The notes beneath the pieces were generated by a model. The model was not told the origin of the DNA, did not search any database, and saw nothing but the letters and a program-made list of their open reading frames with translations. Made by a program: the position numbers and the translations under genes. Of a DNA stretch of 64,000 nucleotides, positions 16,340 to 39,058 are shown one piece after another. The stretch's first letter is position 1. Each line of letters starts with the position of its first letter. This stretch comes from the human T2T-CHM13v2.0 reference genome, Homo sapiens. The stretch lies in assembly GCF_009914755.1 (NCBI RefSeq), contig NC_060944.1; one strand, written 5' to 3'.

Positions 16340-16365
16340 CTAATAAATTCAGGAATAAATTTTGG
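16340..16365 (-). CDS. DPM1: DPM1 exon 5 (26-nt micro-exon, PKFIPEFIR)
   Basis: tttcag|CCA acceptor, TAG|gtaggt donor. Confidence 0.95.
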
Positions 16366-16428
16366 CTGAAATTTGAAAAGAATAAACAGTAAGTCAGTAA
16401 AACAGGCTAAGACTACCATAAATAGCTA

Positions 16429-16548
<120 letters not shown>

Positions 16549-17392
16549 TCAAGAAAATCAACAGAAATCTTTACATATACATTTGAACATCAAGGAAATT
16601 GTTTAGCACCTGAAGAGCACACATTAGTTCTCTAAAAGTCAGATTAATAAATTGGTATTTTTCACCTTAAGTACATAAGTTCATGTATATTACATATATA
16701 ATCAAGAAGGTAGCTGGCCACACACCCCCATTCAGATGTCAATTTAATACAATAGATCATACCTCTATTTCAGTATAGCAAAGAAATAGTTTATAAGTTC
16801 AAAAGTCTAAGATTATGTAGCACAATTATCACATTCTCATGCTTTAAAAACCCATCTGGTGTTTCCTTGGCATCCCCCTAAGACACTGATGAGCTCCACA
16901 TTTACAAATCAGCTTCCTACTTAATATCTCCACTTGGGTATTTCAGAAATCTCAAAGATAACATTGCAAAATCATCTTCCAATTCTCTACCTCTCTCTTA
17001 CAGGCCACCTCTCCAGGAAAGGCACCAACTATCCAACTGCTCCATCCACAGGTCTAGAGATGATTCTTGATTTCCTGCCTTTAACCATAACTTCTAAACT
17101 GTAATTAAGTCCTATTGATTCTCCATCCAAAACATTTCAATTCCCTTTTTCTTGTCTTTTACACCGTAAACCTGGTACGCTAGACCCTTGCTCTGGTATT
17201 TGGGGCCAAAGGCCTAGGTGACAATTACTCAGCCAGCTCCATGCCTCAAAGTCCCACAGGGACTTGGCAGGCTAGGGTAACTTGTTAGGAGCAGGACTTG
17301 GGGATTCCTGCATTCTCTAGTCCAGACCCCTCACAAGTGTCTTATGAGCAAGGCTGAACTCTTCTAACTTATTTTGTTAAGAAGTGAATATC

Positions 17393-18096
<704 letters not shown>

Positions 18097-18253
18097 TCAA
18101 GATAGCAGACTCCAGTTAAGCATTGTGCTTTCTTCATGTTAAGTTTTAGCACAAATAAAGGCAGAGTTTCCTCTCAGAATTACTGAGCTCATATGAGCTT
18201 TTCAATAATGCTGTATGTTTAAAAGCTGGAAAAGCTTCCTTTTTTAAAAATAA

Positions 18254-18529
<276 letters not shown>

Positions 18530-18584
18530 TTAAATGAAGAGTAACTTTTTAAACTTGTAACTTAAAGGATGTTCCAAGGTTTGC

Positions 18585-19070
18585 AGCATGCTGGTCCAAG
18601 ATATTTGCCCTCAGACCCATTCTCTGGCCCTTCCCTACTCTGTGCTATATTGGGTGAACTACATATTCCAGATTCTCTTGTCAACTGGCTGCCAAACAGC
18701 TTTGGGAGGTACAGGTGGAAGACTGCAGGGAGGGGAAAAGGGAAAAGTCTAAGTGGTCCTCCCTCTGTTACTCTCCCTCCTACCTCTGACTGGGAATTTC
18801 CCACAGTTCTAGCTCCTGCCAGGCAGCCCCTGCCCCATCATTCTAGCTCCCTCTGGGCAGCCCAGGTTCTTGGGCTCTAACATCTCTTCCTGCCGTTGCT
18901 CCATCCCTAGGGGTGGCAGTGACCTCCAGCTGTTACTAATCTTAGTAGCCTCACTGCTCCATTTGGTTTCTCAGGAACTCCTTCAGGGGTGTAACCAGAG
19001 ACTCAGTATTAAATTCCCTACACTGAAAGACTTACAGTGGTTCTGTTTTCCTGAGTGGGTCTTGACTTAT
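18585..19070 (+). mobile_element. Old ERVL-type LTR (LTR33/LTR41-like)
   Basis: Resemblance to recalled LTR33/41 consensus; family uncertain. Confidence 0.45.
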
Positions 19071-19231
19071 ACAGGCGACCCAAGTTATACCATTTAAATG
19101 TCATTAAGATCATTAAAAACCATCATAGGAAGTTACTGTATTTTGGCCCTATTCCAAACTGGGAAAATACACACTGGATCATGTCACCAAGCAAGCAGCA
19201 GGTGTGAGGGGTTAGAGATTACACGACTTAC

Positions 19232-19265
19232 CTAGTCCCAACTTTTTCTCTCGTGGTCTTAGAAG
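19232..19265 (-). CDS. DPM1: DPM1 exon 3 (34 nt, LLRPREKKLGLG)
   Basis: ctacag|CTT acceptor, TAG|gtaagt donor. Confidence 0.95.
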
Positions 19266-19471
19266 CTGTAGGAATAAGAAATAGCATTTTACACACAGAA
19301 ACAGAAATCTTATCATGTTAAATTTTATCTTATTCAAAAGTGCATACTCACTTTAATAGAAATATAGTTGCACTTGTTAGAACTTAAAGCAAAGTATCCT
19401 TAATATTTTTTTGCCAAAAGAAAAAAAAAAGCATTTGGTAACAAACCAAATAGTTTAACGTAGCTAACATT

Positions 19472-19763
19472 TTTTTTTTTTGAGATGCAGTCTCGCTCTG
19501 TTGCCTAGGCTGGAGTACAGTGGCGTGATCTCCGCTCACTGCAACCTCTGCCTCCTGGGTTAAAGTGATTCTCCTGCCTCAGCCTCCAGAGTAGCTGGGA
19601 TTACAGGCATGCACCACCATGCCCGGCTAATTTTCGTATTTTTAGTAGAGACAGGGTTCCACCGTGTTAGCCAGGATGGTCTCGATCTCCTGACCTCGTG
19701 ATCCGCCCGCCTCGGCCTCCCAAAGCACTGGGATTACAGGCATGAGTCACCGCGCCCGTCCAG
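19472..19763 (-). mobile_element. Alu
   Basis: Reverse-complement Alu with poly-T. Confidence 0.9.
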
Positions 19764-20394
19764 CAAAGCAACATTCTTTAACCCTGACCCTACAATCACA
19801 ATTTTAAACTTTTTTTTCTGGTGTCACTCACTCTATTTTAAATATGTCTTTACATCTATATTTGATTTTCCTTTTAAATCTATTGATTCCTTCCTAGAAA
19901 AATGTAGGACTTACTTCATTATTTTGCACCTTCTTGGGAAATCTGATGTTTGTTCTCTCGATTCCCTTTGGGTTTTGAATACTAATATCACTCTTCCTCT
20001 ATTAACTTATCTTGACCTTATGCTTGGATGACCTCATCTCCTCTACTGGTCCAAGGACATGTCATATTCCTAATTAAATTCTTTCTCTTTTCTTACTATT
20101 GGTCAATCACTTAGTCCTCCTAAATCTTTTTGCTTAATAGTTGGAGCCTGACTTTTACTTGTTTAGTTTTTCCTTTTGGCTGGACACTTTAAAAGTCAAA
20201 TGCCAAAGTTCTCACTGTGCCCTACGTTTCTGAGGTATGGGGTTCAGGGAGACTCATTAGTGAGCATGTCTTGTCTATCTTGTCCCCTTCTACACTTGCC
20301 AGTATATAAGCAGGTTGCCTCTGACTGCAAATCTCTCAACAAAGCATTTTCAATTAAAGCAGATGATTTTTTTTTTTTTTCACTATATGCAATC

Positions 20395-20900
20395 TGCTGG
20401 AGGTTTCTATTTGCATGGAATGTCTTTTTCCATCCCTTCACTTTGAGTCTATGTGTATCCTTACAAGTCAAGTCTTTTGTGGGAAGCATATAGTTGGCTC
20501 TTTTTTAAAAAATCCATTCAGTCACTCCAGGTCTTTGGAGAATTTAATCCCTTTATATCCAAGGTAATTACCGACATGTAATGTAAGAACTTCCTACTGC
20601 CATTTTGTTAATTGCTTCTAGTTGTTTTGTAGATCTTTTGCTTCTTTCTCTTTCTCCTTTCCTTTATGATTATCTTCTGTACTATTATGCTTTGATTCCT
20701 TACTTTTTATCTTTTGTGAATCTACTTTAGGCTTTTCCTTTATGATTACCATGAGACTTACAAAACCCATCTTATAGTGATAACAGGCTATTTTAAGCTG
20801 ATAACAATCTAACTCTAACTGCTAAAAAGAAATCCTCTACACTTTTACTCCACTATCCCCACATTTAAAAAATTTTAAGTCACAATTTGTATCTATAGCA
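20395..20900 (-). mobile_element. Old L1 fragment (ORF2 endonuclease N-terminal remnant)
   Basis: ORF 20244..20489 contains LTCKDTHRLKVKGWKKTFHAN, resembling L1 ORF2p LTCRDTHRLKIKGWRKIYQAN. Confidence 0.8.
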
Positions 20901-21189
20901 AAGTACATCTTGCATAAAGATGGATAAAATACACTGCTGTCTGGTAAGAGCTTACAGGAAGGAAAGACATTCAAATAAGCATCTATGATAATTGCAAGTC
21001 ACTGAACAAAATCGAGCAGGATATATCAGATCACAGCTAGATTTTATTTGATTTTGTGAATAATTTCTGACAAAATACTGATCCCCATCTGGTATCTGCC
21101 CTGAAAAAGCAAATTTTTTAAAGCTCATCTGAGATTTTCTACAACTCTGTTTTAGCTGGAAAATCTTTCTTTTAAAAAAAGATAACTTT

Positions 21190-21502
21190 GGCCAGATGCA
21201 GTGGCTCACACCTGTAATCCCAGCACTTTGGGAGGCTGAGGCGGGTGAATCATTTGAGGTCAGGAGTTAAGAGACCAGCTTGGCCAACGTGGTGAGACCT
21301 CATCTCTACTAAAAATACAAAAATTAGCCAGGTGTAGTGGCACGTGCCTGTAATCCCAGCTACTCAGGAGGCTGAGGTAGAAGAATCGCTTGAACCCGGG
21401 AAGTAGAGGTTGCATGAGCTGAGATCACACCACAGCACTCCAGCCTCAGTGACACAGTGAGACTCCGTCTCAAAAAACAAACAAACAAACAAACAAACAA
21501 AC
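21190..21502 (+). mobile_element. AluS with (AAAC)n tail
   Basis: Alu consensus; ATAACTTTG direct repeats flank it. Confidence 0.9.
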
Positions 21503-21514
21503 ATAACTTTGTTA

Positions 21515-21826
21515 CAGTTGCACACCCCCTTAACCCCAAGTGATACTTTCTAAGACCCCCAGGAGATGCCTGAAATCTCCAATAGTACCAAACCTTATAT
21601 ATACTTTTTCTTATACATACACACCTATCACAGTTTAATTTATAAATTAAGCACAGTAAGAGATTAACAATACCCAATAATAAAATAAAACAATTACAAC
21701 AATATATTGTAATAAAAGTTATGTGAACTTGGTCTAACTCAAAAAATCTTCTTGTACTGTACTTACCTCTTTTCAGACTGCAGGTAACAAATCACGGAAA
21801 GCAAAACCATGGACAAGGAGACTATG
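21515..21826 (-). mobile_element. TcMar-Tigger DNA transposon MITE (MER44-like)
   Basis: Right end resembles the reverse complement of recalled MER44 terminus (CAGTAGTCCCCCCTTATCC...GTTTCGCTTTCC). Confidence 0.6.
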
Positions 21827-22093
21827 ATACTTATAATTTTCAGAATCTTCAAAGGTTTATATAAAATATTAGAGTATTATGGAGCCATTAACAGAAATGA
21901 GGTGAGCTGGTGACAAAAGATCGCCAAGACAGAATTAGAAGTAATGATGATACAGGAAGATGGCAGTTATGTTTTAAAAAACAAGACCACCACACTACCT
22001 AGTTCTGCAAATGCACATACACACATATATGCACAAAAAAACGCACCAAACTGTTGACCTGGGTCTCCCCTGTGCAAGGGAATGGGATGCCTA

Positions 22094-22466
<373 letters not shown>

Positions 22467-24857
22467 TTACAAGGATGTGCTTGTTTATTTCTTATGTAGG
22501 AAATCCAAACTATTTCTATTTGGTATGCTTTACTTTCAGACTCTTAATTCCACCTCTCCACCCTCCCCTGATCCTTTTTTGCCTCTTCATATCAATCTGA
22601 TGGCCCCTTTCTATGTGAGGCAGGATAGCATTACAGACAGGAAGATGAACCCTGGAACCACAATGCCTGGGTTTGAATCCTGGCCACTACTCATTTGCCA
22701 TGTGATCTTGAGAATATAAAGAGGCGTGACAAAGCCCCCTCTCACTTGGCTTTCATGAGGAACAAGCAAGTGGATTCACATAAAGTGCTTGCAAGAATGA
22801 CAGGCATATACTTTTTGAAGCATGTTTGCCACAGCTGCTTATAAAATACTTTTATGGGAAACTATAATTTGTTTGACAAGAACCTTTGTAAAACTTATCA
22901 CAGACAATCTTGAAAAAAGTTACTTAAAAACAGAATTGAGACTATAGTACATATACAGTTTTATAAACTGCTTTATACTTATTACAAAGGCATTAAGGAT
23001 TTTTGAGGGTCATGAGATTACTGCCAGATGATACTTCAGAAAAACAGTATCAATTTATACTAGGATCAACAGTATTTGAGTGGACTTGTTCTATAATACT
23101 CTCAGAAACACTGGGTTAAAAAGAAAGGAGAAAATAAAAATAAATCTTCAGCTAATAAGGCTAATATGTACTCTCCTCCTGTTTTGTAAATCTTCACTTA
23201 TCAGTGAGGCTCAGTATTTTTTTCTTGTTTACTGGCCATTTCTAGTTTTGGTCTTATGAATTATCTGGTTGGTTGGGGTACTGATCTTGTTAGAAATATT
23301 TTGGTATTTAGGAATGGACAGAAGTTTAATATTTTCAAGTAGTCAAACCTTTTTATCTTACATTTGATGTTTTAAGAATAATAAACGTGTTACATTTTAT
23401 TATCAGAGTAAGTTTTTAAAATACTAAACTATAAAATAATGACAAAATGTAAGACAAAGTTCTAAGAATCTACCACACAGCACGGTGACTATAGTTAATA
23501 GTATCATATTATATAGTTGAAATTTACAGAGAGCAGATCTTAACTGTCCTCATCACTGTCAACTTGCCCCCAAGGGTAACTACGTGAGGTGATGGACAGG
23601 TTCATTCCCCAAATGTGGTATTCATACTTTAAATATATATAACTTTGTCAATTATACCTCAATAAAGCTGGAAGAAAATATGACAAAATATAAATGACTT
23701 TATCTGATCTCAAGTTGGGAGATGAAACAAACTACATAAACCAAACATAATAAAAGCATTCAACACAGAGCAGTTGAAGTCCTTCACAATTTCAGATCTC
23801 TGCCTTGTAAGCACTGTGAATAGTTCAGAGTAAGTGCCCCCAATTTCTCTATGGTCCTACCTAGTTAGGTCATTAAAAATGACCTAACCTCTCGCTTCAG
23901 TTGTGTCACCTACAGAATTTTTAAAAATATCTTCTTTGGCTTCTTTTCTGAAAGATTCATTTCAGCCAGTCTGAAAGGCTGACAAAGCATCTGTGGTGAA
24001 CACTTTATCTGAGGTATTCTAACATGGTTTCAATATCCTTCATTTTCTCAACGAAACATACATCTGTCACTAAAAGCAAGTGTCATCCCTAGCATGGATT
24101 AATACTGTTTTTTTTTAAAAGTCATTTTCTAGTTTAACTTATTTAAATGTCATAAAATAATGAATGAATAAGGAATTTTATCTGGTAGTAGAGGGAAATC
24201 GTAACAGTGAATGCAACTTTTTTTCTCATTTTGAATTTTATTGGGTTGATAGAAAAAATGTCTTTGAAGACAATGTTGTTCCAAAATTTGAAAGGTCAGT
24301 TTAGTAACCATTCCCTAAAATCAATCAATCACATCCTAAGGCTGAGGTTTTATGACAAAAGTATTCAAAATGTTGTCTGGTTGATGGTCCGAGATTAAAT
24401 GGCAGCACATAACTCAAAAGTGTTGTGAATCAGTGGCCTTCACCCTGGGCTTCTAAAGAAAACAGGGAACTACTGGCCAAAAATTCAAACCTAGCATTAC
24501 TGAAAGTCTCTGCTAGAAGCCTGAAAATTTGTCAACTTTTTACCTCTTTCTGTATTCCCATCCATTAGAAGGTTTTCAGAGAAGACTTGAGGTGTGACAG
24601 ACCTGAGTTACTCATCTGTGAGACAGACTGAAAGAATTCCTAGAACTACATTTACCATGTAGTAACACAGTTCCTTTAAACTCTTGCCACCAAGACCTCA
24701 TACAACTGACACTCACCTCTAAGTAGAAAGTATTTCTATTACTGAGATTTATCAAGAATATTTAGACTGAGTGGCTTTTTTTTAAAATGATTAATTTACC
24801 ATTTCTTGAACTGTAAATAACAATAAAGGTTCTCAAAGGGACTTCTTTCTCTATACC

Positions 24858-25080
24858 AATGGTTCTCTACTGGAGGCAAAGGGTAATTTTTCCCCTAAGG
24901 AAATATCTCACAATATCCAAACATTTGCAGTTGCCAAGTGGGGAGGGGGGTTTCTAGTGGCATCTAGTGAGAAGAGTCCAGATGCGGTGCTGAACATCCT
25001 ACAATAAACACGACAACCCCCACAGTAAAGAATTAATCTGTCCACACGTCAATAGTGCCAAGACTGAAAAACTGTGGTCT
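24858..25080 (+). mobile_element. MER20 (hAT-Charlie)
   Basis: Diagnostic ctagtggcatctagtg...aacatcctacaat...gtcaatagtgcc; a second copy lies at ~39090-39262. Confidence 0.7.
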
Positions 25081-25764
25081 GCAATAATTTGTGAATATAA
25101 ATTATAAAAGAGCTCGAGTATACATAAACATTTGTAAATACAAACCGGTAACCAAAAATAAAATTCATGAAGCCATTATAAAATAAACTCTATATTTGCC
25201 TAAGTAACTTCTATATTAGAATAACAAGTTTCAAGGTACAGTGGGTGAATCTAAAGTTTAGGACTAATACAGTCAATCTACTTTCACAAGACTATTCTAT
25301 AGACTAAAAATGCCAAGTACTCTAAGAAGTCATTAATGTTTCACAAGAAAACAGTAACTTTTTCTACCTACACGCTCTTAATTTCAGGCAGTATTCTCTA
25401 ATGAAAGCATGAGAATACTTACCGAAAGGGAGCAAGAAAGATTAAGACACACACACACTACCAATTATAACCCAATTATATAATATTCCTTGTCAATTCA
25501 GTATCATGCTTTAATTTTTGCCCTTCAAGAAAATTTATCTGCAGAATTAGTTATAAACAGAGTTCATCCAAAAGCTCACTCTTTGCTGTAAAATGACCAC
25601 TGACCCAACATACCAAAGATATGTAAAATTTTACGGACAACAAAAATGCATTTAAATCCCAAATGCGTAAGTTGCTCTTTATCTTTTCAGTTTCTAAACA
25701 AATAGATTGAATTTAAGCATTGTTCATGTCTCATCTTTCCCCTACATAATCACAATTCATATCA

Positions 25765-25908
<144 letters not shown>

Positions 25909-26161
25909 TTAATGACTGATGACAGTGTTCTCAAATTTAAAAGTAATTTAAAAATTACTAATTCCTTAAAAGTATAAATGGAGATGTATTGCTATATTAA
26001 TCGTTGAGGAAAACTTCAATTATCAAATGAAATAAATGTCAAACATTTAGTACTTTACCTCCAAACCCAGTATGTTGCTGAAACATGCTAATGTCCTGAG
26101 ATATTAAAGAATTCCTACACAGAGAACAAACTTTTTAGTTCAAAAGAAAATCACGTAATGA

Positions 26162-27170
<1,009 letters not shown>

Positions 27171-28569
27171 ACAAGAAAATCAACCAGAAAACATATTCCA
27201 CTGTTAAAGGCTTTAACAAGTCAGCCCCAGCAAACTTTGAAGACAAGAAAGCAAACCCCTGTGTTATCTATTCTCCAAGAGTAGAACAATGACTTTGGCT
27301 TCCCACTGTGCCTTAAATCTGGGCACTGGTGCCTTTACATGCCAAAATATGTAAGGTGATTTTAATAGACGTGCTGAAAGAGAAATTCCATAAACAAAAT
27401 GGGGTCGTTAAAAGCAAATTACTGTCCCCTACCACTTCAAAGCAGCTACACCACCTGAGGGTGAGGCAGCTCAAAGGTACCAAGCTGGGCTGACTTCAAG
27501 TAATTTGATTGCATCTGAAAAGTTTTGTTTCCTTTATCAAACTTCATTTTGATCTTAAAAGATTGATTCACAAACCATTAAAAGGAAACATAAATTGTAC
27601 TACATAAAAAAATTAAAACAGCAAAAAAAAAAATTGCAAAATTAGAATACAAGCCCTGAACGAGATCGGTTGTATGATAGTTAATTTCTTTAATTTAGAG
27701 CTTATAGAAATCAAAATTAAAAGATTAAACAGGAAAAATAAAAATTTTAAAACTCTGAGGGGCAAGGCATATGAAGGCAGTTATTCAAGGAAATACAATC
27801 AAAACAGCAATGGTTTTCACAAATGAGTACTTCCAACAATGTTAAGTCTAATGCTCAGGCGGGCTGGTTGATAGGGAAACAGGCACTCTGAAGAATGGAG
27901 AGTCCAAACTTGTACAACCTTTTTTTTCTTTAGAGCAATTTGGCAGTAACTGTCCATTTTAAGCACATTTCTGTCGACCCAGCAATCCTACCTCGAAGAA
28001 TTTATCCCTAGTACACAAGTAAAAGTATGAACGCGTCTGCTGCCAACACTGATGCAATAAAGGAGCACCGCTATGTGTCAAGCACTTTTCTAAATTTAGC
28101 TGGAAAATATGGTGTGAACAAAGTCCTTGTTCTCATCGACAAAGCAAAAGCCAAAAAACAGAAACAACCAAAAGGCGCTGGAAATAATCCAGTTCATTGC
28201 CATGACCTGATTAAATAAATAACACAGCCATATGGAATGTTACCTAACTTCCAAAGTAATTTGCTATGTTTGTACATGTTAATATGAGAAAAAGTCTTCA
28301 AAGATTTCACAGCATGATCCCATTTGTGCAATCGTAAAACAAGTTACTTCGTACTGACTCCAGGATTTTTTGCAGTTTTTAAAAACACTGCATTAACACT
28401 TCCAAATTCGAACTCCACCCACCCCCCATCCCGGTTCTAACAATCACACCAAACATCCACCAGTGATCAGCGAAGATGCTCTTCTGCTTTCTCCTTTCCA
28501 GAAAGGTTATCGTGCCCAGCAATAGCTCCCTAACCCACACACACCAAACCTCATGCTTATGTAAGCACT

Positions 28570-30400
<1,831 letters not shown>

Positions 30401-31335
30401 CAGCCACTGATAAATGCCGCTCCCTGCAACTACTGAGCCCAGAGGAGCGTGTTTCTGTCACCGACTATAAGCGACTGCTGGATTCTGGGGCATTCCACCT
30501 GTTGCTGGACGTCAGGCCTCAGGTGGAGGTGGACATTTGTCGTTTGCCTCATGCCCTACACATCCCTCTGAAACATTTGGAACGCAGGGATGCGGAGAGC
30601 CTGAAACTCTTAAAAGAAGCAATCTGGGAAGAGAAGCAGGGCACACAAGAAGGGGCTGCTGTCCCCATTTATGTGATTTGCAAACTGGGAAATGACTCAC
30701 AGAAAGCCGTGAAGATCCTCCAGTCCTTATCAGCAGCTCAAGAGTTAGACCCTTTAACAGTTCGGGATGTTGTGGGGGGCCTCATGGCCTGGGCTGCCAA
30801 AATCGATGGAACATTTCCACAGTACTGAGGTGACTGGTATAGTCTGATGAGAAAGATGTGGATTGCCATAATACCTCAAAGATACACTTGTTTGCATTTT
30901 TCGGTAATATACATAGGAGCTGGGGATTCTACAGTATCTGTGAATACGTGGACTCCTTTTTATAAGGAGTTTTAAAAATTGTTATGTATTGGATGAATGA
31001 CTTATTAATGGATTATACCGTTTCTGAGAACCATCATTTTTTTTTTCAGCACACGGAGGATGTCTTGGACATGTGAGATGTAACGTGACAGGATTTTGCA
31101 TTTTAAACTGCAGATCATTTACATGTCCTTATTTTCCACCTCCCCCAGTCAAAATGCTTTCTAAATCATTTTCACAGATTATATACTTCGGATCTGTTTA
31201 CTGTTCAGTTAAGAAATTCTTGGATCTTATTAATATTTCAGATGATAGAATACATCCTACAGAAATACATGTTTAAAATGTAAATTGTTTTAATTATTCA
31301 GAAAGAGGGTCATTCTATTTGGCCTTTTGAATTAG

Positions 31336-31643
<308 letters not shown>

Positions 31644-31665
31644 CGAGATCTTTAAAGTTTACCAA

Positions 31666-31671
31666 AATAAA
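31666..31671 (+). terminator. MOCS3: Candidate MOCS3 polyadenylation signal AATAAA
   Basis: Canonical hexamer in the 3' region followed by GT/T-rich sequence; another AATAAA at 33908-33913; usage not verifiable from sequence. Confidence 0.45.
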
Positions 31672-33145
31672 GGAAACCACCTTTGTAGTCTGTCAGTGTC
31701 TCTTATAAATTGCTACTGTTTTCTTAAAGTTAACTTCAGGGTCCACCTTATGTTGCACACATATCACATCGTTTAAATTGCATACTATGGTTTGACTTGC
31801 TTTGGAATTTTCAAGTCAAAGTCCCAACCCTTTGCCTCTCCCCCTTTAATTTGCCTTTTCTCTTTTGATTTAATGTTTTTTTATTCCAGCATTTTATACT
31901 AATGTAAAATGTTTTTATGTTTGTTTACTTAACATTTTCATAAAATAGTAGGTAGTCTCACCAACTTCCAATATATACAACAACATTATAAGTAAAAATT
32001 TGATTTGTGAGTGCCTATCAGTGGCCAGATGAACTAATGGCTTGTCAGAAGGGGGCCTGTGACCTCCTGCTTGCTGCATGCAGGCTTATAATCATCAATT
32101 GCTGCTGTTGTTTTTTTAAGAATGGCAGAAATCACAGATACAACTATAAAATCTTTGTATTTCTGTTAACCATTTTTTTTAAAGCTTAAATGTATCATAA
32201 GCCAGCAAAAACCCTTTGTAGACCAGATTTACTTACCAGTTTGCAATTTGTGATATAGAATCTTGTTTTATTATAAGAGGGTGGTATTTAACAAATTCAA
32301 AATTAGTCATCACTTTTTAACTGTGAAACATTGTAACTAATTCTTTGAACAGGTATACTTAAAGTATGGTATACCCTTCTGTTATAAAGATGAAGCAGGT
32401 CTCTTATGACTGTTCCTGCCAACGAGTTATGGAGGTAAATGACTGTGACCTGGAGTGGAGAACAAAGATGGCTGGCCTGTGTTTTTCATCTCCTTCTTCC
32501 AGGGACAACTGATTCTGATACATAGCAGGAAACAAATAGCGACACACAGGAACAATTTCATATTCTAAAGACTGAAGTCCTAAAGTTATAGACAGTTGTA
32601 GTTCCTATAAACCTGGTTGTCACAGGGGACAGGCAAGAGAAGCTGACTAGCTAAGTGTTAAAAGGTTTACTAAAGTGATAGGAGGTGCTTTTGAGAATTT
32701 TGGGGACAGATTCAAGGCTGTACTTCTAGGAATGATGCCCGAAATCATGCACAAAACTGGCCTTAGGAGAACAGTGTCTATGTTGTGCTGCCCTATCAAG
32801 TACCGGAGGAAACGCCACTACAGTCTCACCAGTTTCACTTGACGTGCCCCCCCAACTCTCCCAGAAAGCCCAACACTTCAGCCACAGTCCATGTGTCGAG
32901 AAACAGAGTCACTACATTATTCTTTTCTGAGTCAAGCCTTATGAGGGTGCCTGGTAGGCAGAGTCTAATTACATGCCTACATCTTAGCTGCAAGAGAGGC
33001 TGGGAATTTGTGTTTTGATATCTACAATAGGAAGACAGAACTCATGATGTGGGATTTTCCCAAATAGTGAAATATTTTTCAAAAGATGGGCTGTTAAGAA
33101 TATAACAGATACCCAGTACACAACCCAGATCTATTTCAGTATTTG

Positions 33146-36146
<3,001 letters not shown>

Positions 36147-36287
36147 GGAGGATGTGCTGGTGTGCAGGGACCCTGTTTCTAAATTACCAAGATTCTTCCG
36201 GCCCCTCTGTGAAAAAGGGAGATTATGGTGCAAGGACAGAGGCAGGCGATCAGCTAGGCACAGGTGAAAAGTGATGGCACCTAAGTA

Positions 36288-37120
<833 letters not shown>

Positions 37121-37667
37121 CTAGGACTAGAATGGGTGGTAGAGAGGAGGGAAGTAGACAGATTGGCGCGGTGACTTGGAGGTGGACATCTTTGAAGGAT
37201 CAGAGGAGGGAGAGGGGGAAGTCAAGATGCCTCAGGGTTGGGCTTGAGCACCTGGATGGACTGGGTGGATGTTTGTGTTATTTACTGGGATGAGGATACT
37301 GATGAGAGCCACTGGGGGAGGACTGAGGACAGCAAGTAAGAAACATACTTTCTCCTTCAATATAGAGTATTCTTTTATGTCCATGGAATCATTAGACACA
37401 CAATGAGAGAAGCACCAAGCAAGACATGCCAAATCTGTTCTTTATGGAGAATCATGAAACCTTCCTGGTGCCACAAGAAACCTCCTTACCAGGGGCAAAC
37501 CAACCCAAGCCAAGAAGTAATTGTCTTCTACTCCTACAGATAGGAGACAGCAACTCCATAGACTTAAGTATACAGTAAAGTATTACTTTATATTTTGTAG
37601 GCTTAGTATCCTACTAAGCAAGTAATTCGAGATTCCTGAAATTTGGAACCATTATAAAAAATCTTTA

Positions 37668-37895
<228 letters not shown>

Positions 37896-38749
37896 TCACC
37901 ATCTCCCTCCTAGACCAAGAAACATAATGGTAGGGGAACCCAGAGCCTCCCTCATGCTCTTTCCCATCCCCCACCCCACCCCCCGGGAGGCCCTGCAAAC
38001 TGTGAACCTATAAAAGAAAGCCATGAAAGGAAATAAGCTTATTCTTAGAAATTTTACTATCAGTTTTCAAGATGCAGCCCCAATCAAACATTTTTTTCCC
38101 CTTCATTATTTAGTTTGAAATTTGGGTCCCCACTTTAAGTGGCTTTACTATAAATGGCATTTTCCTGCTGCCAGAGATACTTGCCTAGCTGACCTTAGCT
38201 CCCCTGGCTATGAGAATTGCATCCTGGTAGACTGATTTTCAGATGGGAGGACAAGCTAAATTGGCCAGAATTAATGCAAAGTGAAAGGCTGCCTTGAATG
38301 AGCCGAGCTCAGAAATTCAGTGTTAAGGCTTTCACCCGGCCTTATCTTATTACATCTGGGGATTTCTGCTTGGCCCAGCTGACATGGCATATGGAGAGCC
38401 GAGGGAGAGACCCACAGACCACACAGGGGACACTTGCCATTTGACACGCTTGAAGAGTTTGGAAGAATGTTCCTGCAGCCTCGGGAAGGAAGGCTTCGCT
38501 GATGAATAGAGCAGCTTATGCCAGTGGACCGAGGTGATTCTTTCCTTCTGTTTCTCAGCCAGGGGTAGCTGCAGGGCCTAAATTGAGCTTCTCCATCACT
38601 CCCTGCCTTCCTCAAATATTTTTGAGCACCTTCTCTTCACCAGCACCGGGAAGACAGCACTGTGAATAAGGTAGACACATTCTTTGCTCCTCCAAAGCCC
38701 CCATCGTTGCTTTGAAATGAGGAGAGTAGTGTTAAAAAACGAGGTACAC

Positions 38750-39058
38750 AGTGAGAACTAGCGACATAATTTGTAGGTTCCCTGTTCAAAAACTACTAAT
38801 AATTTCATTGCCAGCCAATAAATTGTCACACAGTTGAAAATGATATGTCACAACACTCCTTTATTGTCTTACAGTTCTGGAAGTCGAAGTCCTAAAATCA
38901 AGCTGTCATCAAGGCTGCTTTAATAAAATTAAATTTGCACCAAAACCAACCAAACAAAAAGAATATCATGATGACAGCGGAGCATTCAACCAAGCACAAG
39001 GCCCTCTGAGCATGCGGCCCTGTGACTGCACACGCCGTGCACTCATGCAGCTGGCCTT
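38750..39058 (-). mobile_element. MER45A-like (hAT-Tip100) split by a ~150-bp insertion
   Basis: Both halves match the recalled MER45A consensus in reverse orientation. Confidence 0.6.

Noticed and set aside
20244-20489. ORF with endonuclease-like peptide
   Set aside because: Short decayed L1 ORF2 remnant running into unrelated sequence.
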